This document shows, piece by piece, positions 1-14,600 of a stretch of DNA of 64,000 nt. The translations under genes and the position numbers were made by a program. The first letter of the stretch is position 1. Each line of letters starts with the position of its first letter. The notes under the pieces were generated by a model. The model was not told the DNA's origin, ran no database searches, and saw only the letters and a program-made list of their open reading frames with translations. Source of the stretch: Bispira polyomma (taxonomy: Eukaryota); NCBI GenBank assembly GCA_965649765.1, contig OZ287748.1, positions 64,232,001-64,296,000 on the forward strand. The letters run 5' to 3'.

Positions 1-541
1 CGAAACGTATAGGTCGGGCAGCAAAAACGGGGCGAACGGGTTGGTCAAGAAGCACATAAACCCATGCACAAATACTAGAGGAGACTATAATTGGAAAGAT
101 AACAGAGTGAAAATGTCAGATTATAGCAAATGTATAATAAAATTACACTTACATATATTTTAAAACAAGTCTTGGTAATTATATCCAGAAACTAAGCTAT
201 TTTTAAAAGCAATTTTGTCCCGACTTTGATTTTTAAAAGTTCCATCTTTATGGTCTGGCTTATGAATACGTTCGATCCTAGGGTGATACGTCACATCCTA
301 CTGCAAGTAAGTTCGATCTTATTCTGAGTCGGGGAGAACAGGGAAGTTTCAGTATGGACTTCAATTTCAATCGTTGCCGGTGTCCCATCAAAAAGGGTAA
401 AAAAAAGTTCGATCGGGAAGGTCGCCCCACATTTTAATTTTCTCCCGCCCAAATGGATTTTCCCGCCTTTTTCACTCCGACCCTACCGACTTTAAAATCA
501 GGCCTATCTTGCCGATCGAACTTGAATGTGGAACCACCCCT
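1..541. mobile_element. Right end of a CpG-rich, probably PIF/Harbinger-like DNA element running off the window
   Basis: CpG richness stops abruptly at TGTGGAACCACCCCT followed by TTA. The other end is outside the window, so TIR and TSD are unverified. Confidence 0.5.
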
Positions 542-1678
542 TTAGCAATAGGCCACAGCCCCTCCCCCTGATGTTATGGATAACCTATTATCAAGTGATT
601 TCGAGTTATAATGAGAGGTATACATTAATTTTAATTTACACACAATATTTTGACAACAACTCCTAGTAGAATTGAAGAAAAAATAGAAAGCCATATATAA
701 AAATAGTTTATTACAAGCCTTAATTTCATAATTGCATATACAAAAATTTAGTAAGCATTTGAAATAATGCATGTCTGAAAATTGACTGATATACTTCCAC
801 AATGTTCCTACATAAAACACTTTGGGCATCAAATTGAACTAATTCTTTAAACCATTCTTTGATATCAAAACTGCATTGTGACAGTAAAAAATACAAAAAT
901 TTTGTGATACATTTCTTGATCAAATTAAATGGGGTTACATTAGAAAATGTCAACACTCACACAAGTATGCTAGAAGCATTACGGCTATTGTACCTAAGTA
1001 AATATAGTCATGTTTATATTAAGTACAGTTAACATTAATGGATAAATGTGCAAGATATGTAATGTTCAGCAATGGAGATCTACAATTACTATCGTGGACC
1101 TTAAAAAAATGACGTTAAAAAAATACACATTCACTAATCAACAAATACTTAACAAAGACAACTAATAATTCAGGTATTTAATGTTGTCCATTGACATTAA
1201 ATTAGATAGAAAATCAATATTTGTATTCATATAGTTCACACTTGTCCGCTCACAATTATAACTGATACAAGATAATGAAACTGATATTACACACCCAACA
1301 AAAAACTTTGAATAAACCATCAGGTGGTAATTCGCTGTGTCAGTATAAGAAAATACAGTCCTCCCAAAGTTAAAATAATATAAAAATTGCATTAAATAAA
1401 TCAGTGAAATTAAGCAAAACAAGTAATCGAAGGAAATAACAATATGTCTTGTGGCAATTTTCAGTACGTCACTGCAGAAACAATGTAAGCAAAAACAAAA
1501 ATAAACAAATAATTCACTACTTTTCTTTATCATTAGCAAATTATTGGATCTATTTTTTACTTGGCCATGCACATTTTGGACATTACATATGTTACTCCAT
1601 TAAAGAATTAGAATAGAATATACAAACAGACCAACTCACAGGTATTTTATCACTGATCACTTATAAAGCAAGTCAGGT

Positions 1679-1899
1679 NNNNNNNNNNNNNNNNNNNNNN
1701 NNNNNNNNNNNNNNNNNNNNNNNNNNNNNNNNNNNNNNNNNNNNNNNNNNNNNNNNNNNNNNNNNNNNNNNNNNNNNNNNNNNNNNNNNNNNNNNNNNNN
1801 NNNNNNNNNNNNNNNNNNNNNNNNNNNNNNNNNNNNNNNNNNNNNNNNNNNNNNNNNNNNNNNNNNNNNNNNNNNNNNNNNNNNNNNNNNNNNNNNNNN
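1679..1899. other. Assembly gap (221 N) within the likely 3' UTR/downstream region of the protocadherin
   Basis: Run of N. Confidence 0.99.
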
Positions 1900-2115
1900 T
1901 TGTATTCACAAAATGAGCTCAAGATTTTGGTCTTTGATTTCGACCAAATATGTTAAGAGTTTTGGTCTTTGCCCCAGTGACAGAAAGAAAATATCTTTGC
2001 TTAGTGTTAACTTTGCTCTTAACACTAACACTAACAGTAGGCAGGCTTAGTTATTTTAGACATAAATGTTAAGCTTAAGACTAAGTTATGACTAAGACCT
2101 TCTGTGAATACACCC
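1900..2115. mobile_element. Small inverted-repeat element (MITE) abutting the assembly gap
   Basis: TGTATTCACA at 1900 is the inverse of TGTGAATACA(CCC) at 2103-2115; left terminus truncated by Ns. Confidence 0.5.
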
Positions 2116-2208
2116 TCTTGTTGACTTATATTAGTAGTAGAGTACAGTATTTAGTAAGCTACCCCCACTATGCCAGCCATCTAAAACTACACATCTATAT
2201 GTCCACTA

Positions 2209-2699
2209 CTATAGTGTAGTATCCCTAGCATTATTGTTGATGGGTAAGTACTTCCTTGGTCTTTGATAATGACTCTGTAATGTATTTGTACCCTGTGGAA
2301 CATAAGTGGTCTCAGTCACATTTTGAGCACTGGGGTTGGTACTTGATGCAAAGGTGGTCTCTGTCACATTCTGTCCAGTATTTACCATACTACCCCCATT
2401 ACTGCTGTGTTTTGGTACATAGGTAGTCTCTACCACTGAACTACTGGGAGAGTTGTTATTGTCTCTGCTGCTGGTGAGTCTCTGAGGAGTGCCAAAGGTG
2501 GCAAGATGTCCTTGTGGAGGGTGATTTGAATGCACTGGACCGCCCCCTCCACCACCACCCCCGCCATTTCTCATGCCGTTATTGTTGTTGTTAGGGATGT
2601 AGGTCTGGTGATGAGTATGAGAGATGTTTGGTGGAAGGGTTGAACTGTGAGATAAAATACCCCTGGATGTGGGTGCTAGAATCCCCTGTCTTGGTCCAC
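2209..2699 (-). CDS. Protocadherin terminal coding exon 9 (low-complexity tail ending DTTL*)
   Basis: attttcag|GT GGA CCA completes the phase-1 Gly codon from exon 8; open to tandem TAG TAG stops at 2211-2206. Confidence 0.85.
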
Positions 2700-5600
2700 C
2701 TGAAAATATACAATAGCAAATATAACACATATATCGAAACATATATACTTCTTACAATTTGTACTGATACCTAAGGGATTCAATTCTACAAACAGCAATA
2801 TATTAAATCTGAGTTGACTAACTTTACATATAGGTATGACCTAAATAGACCAGCAAGATGTCTTTAAAACTGGGTGGTGCCACCACTAATCACATCATTA
2901 TTTTATTCACGTTACACAAATAACTGAATAGATAGACAAAATTAACAAAAGGATTAACAGATGGGAGGGGACACGTTCCCTTATTATGGATGTATCAACC
3001 ACACCAGCACCATCTTTAACATGCCTGTTCCAACCCTGTTGCCTCTCTTTAACTGGACATCTGTGCGGGCCCCCAAAAGTCCTTCCCATCAACACTACCA
3101 AACATCCCCATTTTACCAGGTACAAAGTTGAATGAAGTATGCCCTAGTGATATTTATAAGGTAACATTGTCTGGTATTTTGATAGTCACTACATTTATGA
3201 TGGTGCTTGACCTGGACCTATTTTTACTTTTATGAACTGACCTTTTCACTTAACTCTGCCTGTTTCATTGATATGTACTGGTATATTCTATATCTACATA
3301 ATGTTTGGCCCTTCTTCTTCATATAAGCCACACATATTCTCACTAACATGTACTGACAGTCTCATTTAAGCTACAGTTATATTCTCACTGTTAGGTACTG
3401 ATCTGGATAATGTCATCAGTTCAGCTTCGCCCATTTTCACTGATATGTACTAACCTATTCTGTTTATATCTACATAATGCCTGGCCTCTCCCTCTTCACT
3501 TAAGCCACGCCAATTCTCACTGATATGTACTGACCTAGTCTGTTTATATCTACATAAGATATCCCTCCCTCTTCACTTAAGCTCCGCCCATTCTCACTGA
3601 TATGTACTGACCTATTCTGTTTATATCTACATAATGCCTGGCCTCTCCCTCTTCACTTGGACCCCTCCCACTGTCCGTGTTTGAGCCATCTCCGGAGTGA
3701 ATGCTGTCTTTGTCCCTCTCACCTTCTGTTCCGAGATTGTCCAGGAACCGATGCACCTCCACCTCACGCTTCTCCAGGGAGCGGCCCGGGGGTGCGGGAG
3801 GGTGGCTCACATAGCGGTTTGGAATAGCAAACTGAAAGTAGAAATACATATTAGTGTATATTTCTTTATTTAATTATATATACGCAAAATTCTACTGTGT
3901 GTATTATGCTTCATATAGTATTTTTCAAGTCTTTTTATAATGGAAAAATAGGTAGGGTGACGTAATTACTTGTAACATACAAACCAGGTATGTATTTGTT
4001 ACAAGAATTGACTGGCAAGAATGACAAATTTCAAATCCATGCTTCATTCAGCTAGATCAGGAAAAGGTAACTGCCAATAGTTTTGGACGAAACGTAAACA
4101 CTGGTATAAAATATGTGGATATTGGATATTTGTTTATATATCATATACCAACACAATTAGAGTAGTAAGACTAATGCTGGTCATCAAATTGGCAAGCATC
4201 TATAGATATCTCGTATATATGCAGTGATCTGCAGTACTGGTAGCTAAATATGAGTAAATTAAAAGATTATAGCCATACATCTGGTACTGGGAAGCTATAA
4301 CATATATATATATATAAATATATATAATATGTGAAAGATTATTACAGTATGGTTCTCAAATTTGATTAATTAATAAAGTTAATCTATCATCATGACCCTA
4401 TAGTCTAGTGCTTTAAGTCAATCAGGTATGATGACAATGTATATGTATAACCTCTTGGCATTCTAAAAACGGTTGGTACTGTCTTCCCTATTTTAGTTAA
4501 AATGAGGATTCAGACATTTTTGTTGTCATAAATCAGCTTGTCCATACATATGTCTGTATAAGAGGTAGCCTTTATGCTGACATTACTTGTGTAAATGTTG
4601 TCCATAGCTTTGAAACAAGGCTACAAGCTTGCTGTTATTGCTGTATTATGTAAAGCTGACATTTTTTTTTTTTAAATGAGTAACTCATTTTCACTGGTAA
4701 GAAAAATGGAATTATGATGTAAAAGTCAACTAAGTATTAAATAATAATTTCATTTACTATGTTACAAATAGTGAAGAAAAAAACCCATCTCATTGCTTTT
4801 TAAAAACTGCTTTTGATTGTTACTGAGCCGTGATGCCATAATGCATGGCATGGGATGCATATCTTGGTCTTTCTAGTGTTGTCTCTTTTATGTACAACAG
4901 TCAGCTCTTTACTTGCCCATAAGCAAATCAGTGACAATAAAAAAAGTACCTCTTTATTTTCTATTACTCAGATTGAATCTCTTATTTTGGATCAAGGAAA
5001 TAAGATGAGGGGAGGCTATGCTTTGAAGCATATGGCTTTCCAGATGAGTGGCTCTAGCTTAGGCTATCTCTCTAAGGCCCATTCTTCATGCCAGGCTTGC
5101 TTTGAGTGATATATTACCTGAAGCAATAGTCTGGGTGCTGCCTCCTATCTATTTATCCACTGATTTGAATCTAAATCTTTACTGTGTAGTCATGCAATGT
5201 ATTAATCACCTGACTAGTCTCCTACCATTTACCTATTACTACTTTTCTTCAACAATTTGTCATTTTTTACCATCTACCTAGAAGAACCTAATTCTCTATC
5301 ATTTTTTATTTGATGTTTGATTTTTTTTTATGTCATGTCTGTTCTACTATATTTTAAAAATATTAAACCTTCAAAGCATTATTAAAAAAAAGAAGAAAGT
5401 TTATATTTCTGGCGATTTAGTTACCCTCCTCCAACTTAAAATTTGGCCATGGTGAAAATTAATTGATAACACAAGACACTTATAAAATTAAAAGCGAAAG
5501 ATCATTTACAGCGCTCTCTATCGAGTTACTTCAGAAGTAAAGTATTACCAGTGTGGTCTATCCATTAGAGATTTAATACACAACAGTACCAGCCCCCTGT

Positions 5601-8600
5601 TTAACCAATTGTTTTGTACAAAAATGTCTAGTTCTCTAATATTCCCAAATTAATAACAATGAAACTTAATGCAGATAAGTTACATGAAGTTAATGGAATA
5701 GTTCTTGGATCATTTTCTTCCGCTACAATCGAACCACCAAGCTAATGGCTTAATGTACATTTAGTAATTTGGAAAAAAAAAAATTAAATTTCTTCAAGCT
5801 GAAAAGTAAGGATTTTTTTTTTTTTTGGTTTGTTTTTGTGGGTTTTTTTTGTTTATGATTATCTCTTCTTCGTTGATTTATATTTATTTAAAGTTAGTCA
5901 CAAACATCTCACAAGGAAACCTATAAGAAATATGAGGTTTAATAAATTTAATATATTATTCAAAAGAGTCATTTTTATTCAAAAAACCTGTCGCAAGCAC
6001 AACTGGGATTTAGTAAAAATGTTGTAAAGTCATATCATTTACATAGTTCAGATTTCCCCATTCTAATGTCAATAATATGGTCTTTCATCATTGTTGTCAA
6101 AAGGAGAGAGGTATTCTGCTTATTTTAAAACCAAGTCTCTCATATCGTATTAGTTTCACATGTCACTATTTCTTCTTCATAAATTTGTTGTACATTTTTG
6201 TCAAAGGTTAATCATCATGTGATAAAATTAGGCATTGTGTTTTGTAAACATCAAACAACTTACGACTGTGATTCAAAACTATAATAATGCTTTAAATAGG
6301 GTAGGAGGGCATGTTAATCAAATAATAAAAAGTCTTAAAATAAGTATAGTAATGGCTTATAATGACCGATTCTTGTACAATAACTGTTTCAGCGAACTGT
6401 CCGTCATGACATGACAGCGTCATTAAGCCCACACTAAATCCATGTAACTACCTGTTGATAACTAATGAGTATGGTGAACACTTAAATAGTGAGCATATGT
6501 TTATGGCTGCACCAGTACGACATACTAATAAAGTATACAAAAACCCGCTAATTTTAATAACAATGGTCCTACATACATCAAAGAATTTGAATTTGAATTG
6601 AGATATTTAACATCCACTCTAGTACCTGTTTAGGTTAAATTAGGACGGGTAGTTGGAAACGCTGGAGGAAACACTGCATACAGTTGATCAAGGTTCTGCA
6701 CTGAAACCAGCGGCCCACAGTAAGGAACTACCACCTTTCTCACATAGGCATCAACAGGAGTCGAACTCGTGCCGCACAGAGGTGAGAGACCAGTGATTGT
6801 GAACACAATGCTTGCTAACCACTAGGCCACCGCGGCCCCTACATACATCAAAGAAAAAATATGTTTTTCCATTTGCATTCTGTAATAGGCAATCCATCAA
6901 AAATTTGCTGATCGTGCAGTTTTTGCCAAATACACAATCCATTCTTGTATACGTTGTGAATATATGTGAACACCCTAAAAGGGAAGCATTATTTTACGTA
7001 CTGGTAACCCATGCTGATGTTGCCACATCTGTGTACATCTTTATAGTTTATAATGCCTTTAAGTACTTACTGCCTACACTGTCGATAGATTGTTTTACAA
7101 AATGAAGTATACCCTCATGTTAAAACCCAGTTATCTGAATACTCCGTTATTCTACCTTTAAAAAAACCTAAATCAGAGGACAATTTCTGAGCTTACTGCT
7201 AACTTTGATTCCTACCAAAATCAGACACTCTGTATTTTTTGCTGGTGTGTATACAAGAATGTACAGGGATTCCTTGAAAATCTTAGAATACTGCGAAATA
7301 AGGCTAATATCATCGGCACTTTGAAGAATCTACAATATTTACTCTGCAATTCAAATAACGACAATGAGAAAAAAATGTATGAGCTTGCTGCCAAGTTTGA
7401 ATCTTACGAGAAAAAATATAACACATATGTTGCTGCTGTGTTTTCACAAGATAAGGGAGATTCCTTGAACAGTTTGAAATATTGCGTAAGAAGGCTAATA
7501 TCATCTGCACATGGAAGAATCTACAATAATTTACTCCACTATTCCTCACTACATCAAACAGTAAATGTCAGCTCATTGTCAACTCTGACACCTTAAGCTA
7601 CTCTATTTCCTTTCTAACAGGCAATGAGACCTTTAAACCTCTTTTATATCAGCTGCACCCCCTGTTAAATGATTACATTAGCCTGTTTCAAGTATTAAAG
7701 GTTAAGGTGATTTCTAATGTGCATTAATTTGTTGAAACAATAATTAAACAATTATAATGCTAGTAAATTAATGGGATAAAATTATATATTACTGTCAATT
7801 CTTATTTTTTTCCCCAAAACTATGGAAACCTACTCACTGCATTACGAAGTACAAACCTCTCATGCCACATTCTAATTCCAAATGATTGGCTAAAGTGGAT
7901 CGTGATGTCATATTTGTGAATGACGTCAGCACAATTTGTTTTACACAATGAAAATATCTTTTGTCACAATGTTTTCCCCCTCCACCATATTGTAGGTTAT
8001 CTGTCAGGATTGTTTGCTCTTTCCAAGTCACTCAACTCAAAACGGGTAAGAGCTATTTGCAAAGTCCTTCAGTCATTGACACAATGATTTCTAGCATCAA
8101 ATTGATGTATAATCTGTATCTCAAACTTTGTCAAGACATCATCTAGGATGCTAGGAAACCATGTTATACCTTTGGATGCTGTGTATCTTGTTCTATTGCT
8201 TATTTTGTTTCGTCATAGATTTGTTTCTATACAAACTCTCGGTATACACATTATACACATTTCATCCCCTTATTTAGTTGCTACACGATAGGTCTCAACA
8301 TTGTGACTTTTGAACCAGACACATTTTTGGCTGCCAGACAAATATATCATTGGATTTACTTTTGTTACAGGATTGTAGATCTGTGGTTTGTGGAAATATC
8401 TTCCAACTGGTTTAGTTGAAACTCTAAATAGAAGTATTAGTCTAATAGTCTCTTTGAATTAATACAAAGGCTTCGTTCCTTGGAAAGCCTGCTGATGTAA
8501 CGGATAAATAAATGCGGTCTTTCTGGAGACACCACCACCTGGAAATCTTTTATGTGAGCTAGTTGGTCTTTGTCTCTGTCTGACTCTTCTGACAGTTAAC

Positions 8601-11600
8601 ATTGAATAGTTAAATTGTTCAGCAATTTTCTGACCATCAGTCAGCCCTAGTTTACTGAATGACCAGGTATCACTTTTACAAAATACTGTGAGTTCAAATA
8701 ATGGTGTTCAACACAACCATGTGATAAACATTCTTCTGACTCTTCTGACAGTTAATATTGAATAGTTAAATTGTTCAGCAATTTTTCTGACCATCAGTCA
8801 GCCCTAGTTTACTGAATGACCAGGTATCACTTTTACAAAATACTGTGTTTAGAGTTCAAATAATGGTGTTCAACACAACCATGTGATAAACATGTTTGTA
8901 TAATACTTGGAGGACTGACTTTTCGGCCCAACTAAACAATCAACATGTCAACAAGCAACAATTAATACTCTCACCCCAAAACATGACACGGGTGACAGGT
9001 TTAATGTCCAGGAGCTGTAGTTTATTTTATAGGTTTGCATACATTACTTCTTATGTCCTCCTTTTATTGCCTCTTTGTAAAAAGATTTCAACTTAGATTA
9101 GAAGGGTGGATCTTGTAATTTATTTACACTGTGGCGCTTAGGCAGAGGTAAGCGTTCCTCTGAGTAGTCTTCTAGTATTAATTAAAGTTACTGATGATAA
9201 AGCCCTCCAACCTCATGCAAAGATTGTGACTCAATATTTTATATTACAACTGTATCAATATTATGAGTAGAAGCCCATTTTGTTTGCTATTTCAACTGAT
9301 TCTATATGTTATTCTATCCCTAGGAGGGACAAACGGTGGCCTACTAGTAGTCAGAAGCACCTGCTTCACAATCACTGGCTTCTTACCAATGTGTGTGTGT
9401 GTGTAGGGGGTGGGGGGAGGTGGTGTGGGGGTGGAATCCCATTGTTCCTCCATGGGGGAAATGCACGCAGTATTATTTACTATGCATGAAACCAATCTTT
9501 CACTAAAATATCTACCCCCTAAATACTTGAATAAGTTGCATGGAATAGATATATTGGTTTATCTGCTGCTTAGGTTTTAAAGTTCCCTGATTGCAGAACA
9601 CACAATACCAATACACAACATGGCACAATTTGGGAGTACATTTGTTTACTATACAACCGATTCTATGAACCTTTCACTTTGTAAGGTAATATATGAGGGA
9701 ACCATGTGTATGTGGTTATTATAAATATATATATATATGGTGGTTTTATCTGCTGATTTACATAGGCAGATCCAGGGTTCTGTAAATATAAGTTCTTTCA
9801 CTACCAGACTATATTGTCACCATGGATGTTAAAATTTAGCTGTTAGACTCTTTTTGTTTTCTTGCTGCAGCTTCAAAAACGATTTAACACAGAGAGGGGT
9901 ACCCCTGGACCCGCCTATGTATGAAAGCTCCATGATTGCTGGGCTAACTGCTATAGCACCACTCTATGACACTATATTTCTGAGGAGAGATAGGGGTGGG
10001 AGGGGGGCGGAGGGGGGGGGGAGTAAGAGGGGATTCCCCTCAGCACTGCCTCATCTCTGGCACATCCCTGTGGTCATATTACACGGCTGGCAAGCCATAG
10101 CCAAACAATTGGAGAGACAAGGGAGGGCTGCACGTATAGATTTCCTATATCTGTGTAGTCATCCATCAAAGCACCTCCATTGACCATCAGTTAGACAGAT
10201 TAAATATTGATTCTTCAAGGGATTCCCTCTCTGAGAGTGTTATAGGGGTGTATTTCAAAAGAGGCTGGGACTGGGAGTAGTTAAGGCTGATAACTTTTTT
10301 TTGTATGGTGGTAGTTGAATAATATATGTGTCAAACATATGTGAAATATGTGACATGTCTCTGTGATTTGTTTAAGTGGACATTGTGTTAGTTGCATGAT
10401 ATATAGGGAGAAGTATTTCTACTTGTTTTGAATGTTACATACACTACCATTGCTACATATTAAGTCTGATTTAAGTTACAAGATGTTGACATTTTGTCAT
10501 TCCTGTGGAAGATTTGCAATGTTTTCTCATAATTGTACATGTACATGTCTTATTTGTGCTCAAATACTCAAAACACTGAAGAAATATGCTATATTTCTCT
10601 TTGAGCAATGGGAACAAAACCTCAGTACTATAGATCAAACCTCAGGAATCGCCTATTAATGTTTCACTGTGGCTGTATGTGCTTTTAATAAATAGCTTGA
10701 CAAATCCTAATTTTCTTTGTGTATAGTGTATATAATGGTTTAAATACTAAGTGGAGGGATGAGGCATAGTCCAAGGAAGAATCCAATAAATGTTTGACCC
10801 GATAAGGGTGGAATGGCAATCCTGGGATTTTTATACACTTTTTAGGAGGTAAGGGCCTTGGCGGAGATATGCACTCTACTGAGTACGCTTTTAGTCTTAA
10901 GTATGCAATATAGAAGAGCTTCACCATTCGATATTAAACACATAGTCTTTCAGGGTGAGAGTAGTCTTTATTTCCAATAAGATTTATTTCAGCACAGATT
11001 AAAGTTCAAATTAGACTTTTGATATATTTACCTCAGTTGAACCTATTTTGGGGCTGTTGCCTTACAGAGATATATAAATAGATATTTGCTCATTATTGTC
11101 ACCAGTATATATACATATATATATATACAATATATATATATACAAATCACAGTAGTCATTATCATGCCCAGTTTACAAATTCACAAGGGGCCACAAGGGG
11201 CCTTTTACTTACTTAAAATATAACACAAATATTTTGAGATGTGTTTCATTACAATCGATTTTCCGCTGTTAATTGTTCTGTCAACTGTCTTAACTTTAAA
11301 GAGGGTTTTACATAGGGTTTGAGATGTGACTAAGTTTGAGTTCCTAGTGTGTCTAAGGTTTCACATCATCTCTGTAATATACCCAGAACATTGCCCCAAG
11401 AAATCCCCTGATCTGACTCTGGCAAATTTCAGCTCCAATAAACTGGCCAATCTATAACTGTAACAAGTGGAGCCACAATCACGGAGAGATACTTTAAATC
11501 ACTCACTTAGGCCAAATCAATCATGCTTTTTTTCATTGTTCATAATATGCTCTATAAATTGGATTTGGTAGAGACTGGGAGACGGTTGGTTATAATCAAA

Positions 11601-14600
11601 GCAAGAACAGTTAAAAATCTTATTTCCTACACAACACAGTAATGAAATTTGCACTGGGAAAGATAAGAAGAGAAAATAGGCTTTTTTCACAAAAATAATA
11701 TCTGTTTTAAAATATGTCTGTTTTAATCTCAATTTGCACGAAAAAACTTAAGGAGAAAATGGGACGAAATTACAGTCCTAAAAAGTCACCCTCAAAATTA
11801 TTCCTTTGTGAAGTTAAAAAAACCCACACCACACAGCTATTTGCAACAAAAAAAAAAAAAAGATTTATAATGTAGGGAAATATAATGTAGCACAGACCCT
11901 AGTCTTTTTATGGGCGCAGTAAATCTGGGGCTGTATTTAGGCAGGGTCTGAAATCCTAGCCCCTGGCCTAAACTCAAATGGACGATTTCTTATCCAGCTT
12001 AAAAACTAAAATAATGACTCAGTTATTTTGTAATTTACTTTACATCACCAACTTTATGGCGGTACCTCTTACAGCTAGTATGCTGCTATTGAATAATACA
12101 CTGATAATCACAAGGAATATGTACATGTAGTTTATAAAATACTGATATTCAAGAACAAGAACAACTGAAATAAGGTCTTAGGTTTTTGCATAAACATTAA
12201 GGAGGGCTCTTCATAACCAGGAGTCTCTCTTTATATGTGAATGGTATTCAGTAACACGGCTGATATGAGTCTTGGACTCGTATTCACCACATGCCTTAAA
12301 CTTATGCCTAAACTTATGCTTAAACTCAACATATACCACATGTATATAAGATTTCATATTAATTAAAAATAAGCTAGGCATATGTTACCATTCATTTTAA
12401 TAGAGCTTTCAGCGAGGAACTGAAATATGTAGTCAGATTTGATATATCTGTATTGTACACAAAGATAGAGAGTCTACTAATGTGTTTATATTTGAGTTTA
12501 AGGAACCTTTGATTCAATCCAGCCATCCTGTGGTAGTATATCCAGGAGAGAGATGTGGCTCACTGTGCTTTGTGTAAGTGACACCAGTTTATGGGAGTGG
12601 TGTGTGACAAAGAGATGGGGGATTACAATACAGCCTAGTCTTCACCCACCCACCTCCGACAGACTAGAACCCTCTCACCCTCTCCTCCCCCCTTCCCCCT
12701 TACAAATATATGTTAGTAGTATGTTTAGGTGACTAATATGGCCATTGGAACAGTTTAGTTTCCACATTTGACTATATATATGTTGGAGCCCAACTTCCGA
12801 TTTGGCCAATCTTAAGATGGGCTATAGCCCAACTTAGGATCCTAAGTTTGGCAGCCTATCTTAAGATGGGTCAGCCCAACTTAAGAATGGCTAGGAAAAC
12901 CAGCCCAACTTGAGATTGAATTAAAATGTTAAACTAGCATAACTTGAGATTTTGTATACAGGAACATAAAAAAATGTTCTTTATTTTAGAGCACTGTATA
13001 ACCCACTGCATCAATTTCATTTAAATTAGCTCGTTCAGCTTCTTTCAAAGTTTGACATTGTTTTCACATTTAACTAATAGTTAATAGTAGGAAATAGAAG
13101 TGTGGAATTAGCATTTCAAATGTTGGTTAAACCTGGTAATTGGCAAGGATATTCAACTATGTATTATATTGTATTGGACAGACTATTGTTGGTGAAAAGC
13201 TGGATATGGTAGTTGGTCATGATTTATTTAGTGAAAACCCTTGACCTTGAGCAAATATCCTGCCATTTTTCCACATACACGCTTGCAAAGATTCAAACCT
13301 ACAGCAATAAGGGTGTAATGAGAAAGGTCACCTTTACACCATAAATTACTCTATATTCATCAAATAATTTCTTTCAATGCCTTTTTATTGGATAGTTTTA
13401 ATGTTAGATTAAAATGTTATGAAATAAGCATTGTGTTTGCAGTATATGTCACGAAATGCCTAAACTTAAAAATCACAGTCATTTTGTGAAATTTTCAGCG
13501 ATTTCATGAAATGCCTGATTATACACTGTTTTGCCTGTGACATACATACATAGACTTCGACCAACTGAAAAAGGCACAGCGGATTAAGCATAAGATGTTT
13601 CCTAATTTAGAGTCAAGAGAATGGTAGCAACCCTCGAGCGAGCTGTGCCATAACTCAACGTTAGGGACAAATTGAGGCTTGTTAAATAGCCCCAGTGTAA
13701 TATACAATTTATTCATCACTTAAGCACATTATGCTCTGCCTTACAGGTAGCATATTTCATCATCAGAAAAGCATCTCTCTTGGTGGTGTTATTAAATTTA
13801 GCTACAATAGCTCTTCCTCATCTTTGGCCAATGTAAACCAATGTCTGAAATATATTTTTTCCTCTCCAACGCTGTGTCTCCTGTTTTCTAGTGGTGATCC
13901 CCTGTTCTGTCTCCTGTTTTCTAGTGATGATGTAAAGATACAGAGGGAGGCAAAGAGACTAGCAGCAAAATAAGAAGAAGGAGGTTGTTGTGTGTTTTGT
14001 GTGCTCAGTTTTTTCTTGTTGCTTTAGTGGAAATAGGAAAAGACATCAGTGAAACACCTTTGGATAATTGCCCCCAATGGTTTGCATACCAAATCAACTT
14101 CTAACTCCCTTGTAACAATGCACACACACTAGTTGCTTTTTACCAGGGTCAACAAACAAGACAGTCTATTTTTTTTCTTCAACATGTTTGAAAGGTTAAA
14201 AGTAAAAAGATGAAGGGAGAGGTCTCAAAGTAATTTCACAGGCTGGCTCGCCAGTGTGTAAATTGAAAAAAAGCTATTTCAGAATTTTTTATTCTGTCAG
14301 TAAGTTTTCAAGTTGTATTTTTTGGCTAAGTTCTTCACAACAAGTCAATTATGTAGCTTTAAAGCCCCTTTTTATATACATGTACTTTAAAGGGCAGATT
14401 GAGTTATCAATTGAACTCTTCCTGATATAGCTTTTCTCTCTCGAACAAGAGTCAATAATTTGGTATTGTACTAAAGCAATGTAGGGTCCTTCGTGTCTAT
14501 TTTATTCAGTACCTCAATCAGTGTGTATATTTTTTTAGATAAAAGAATGTTATATTAATTTGTATTGATATTGTTTTTGCAGGGTAATTAGTAGCTGTCA

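Noticed and set aside
8460-8710. Roughly 80-codon open frame in intron 7 as an extra protocadherin exon
   Set aside because: No good acceptor, and the peptide looks like a Tc1 transposase HTH region.
9406-10032. G-quadruplex-prone G runs in intron 7
   Set aside because: Similar G/C runs are scattered through the window, so there is no specific signal.
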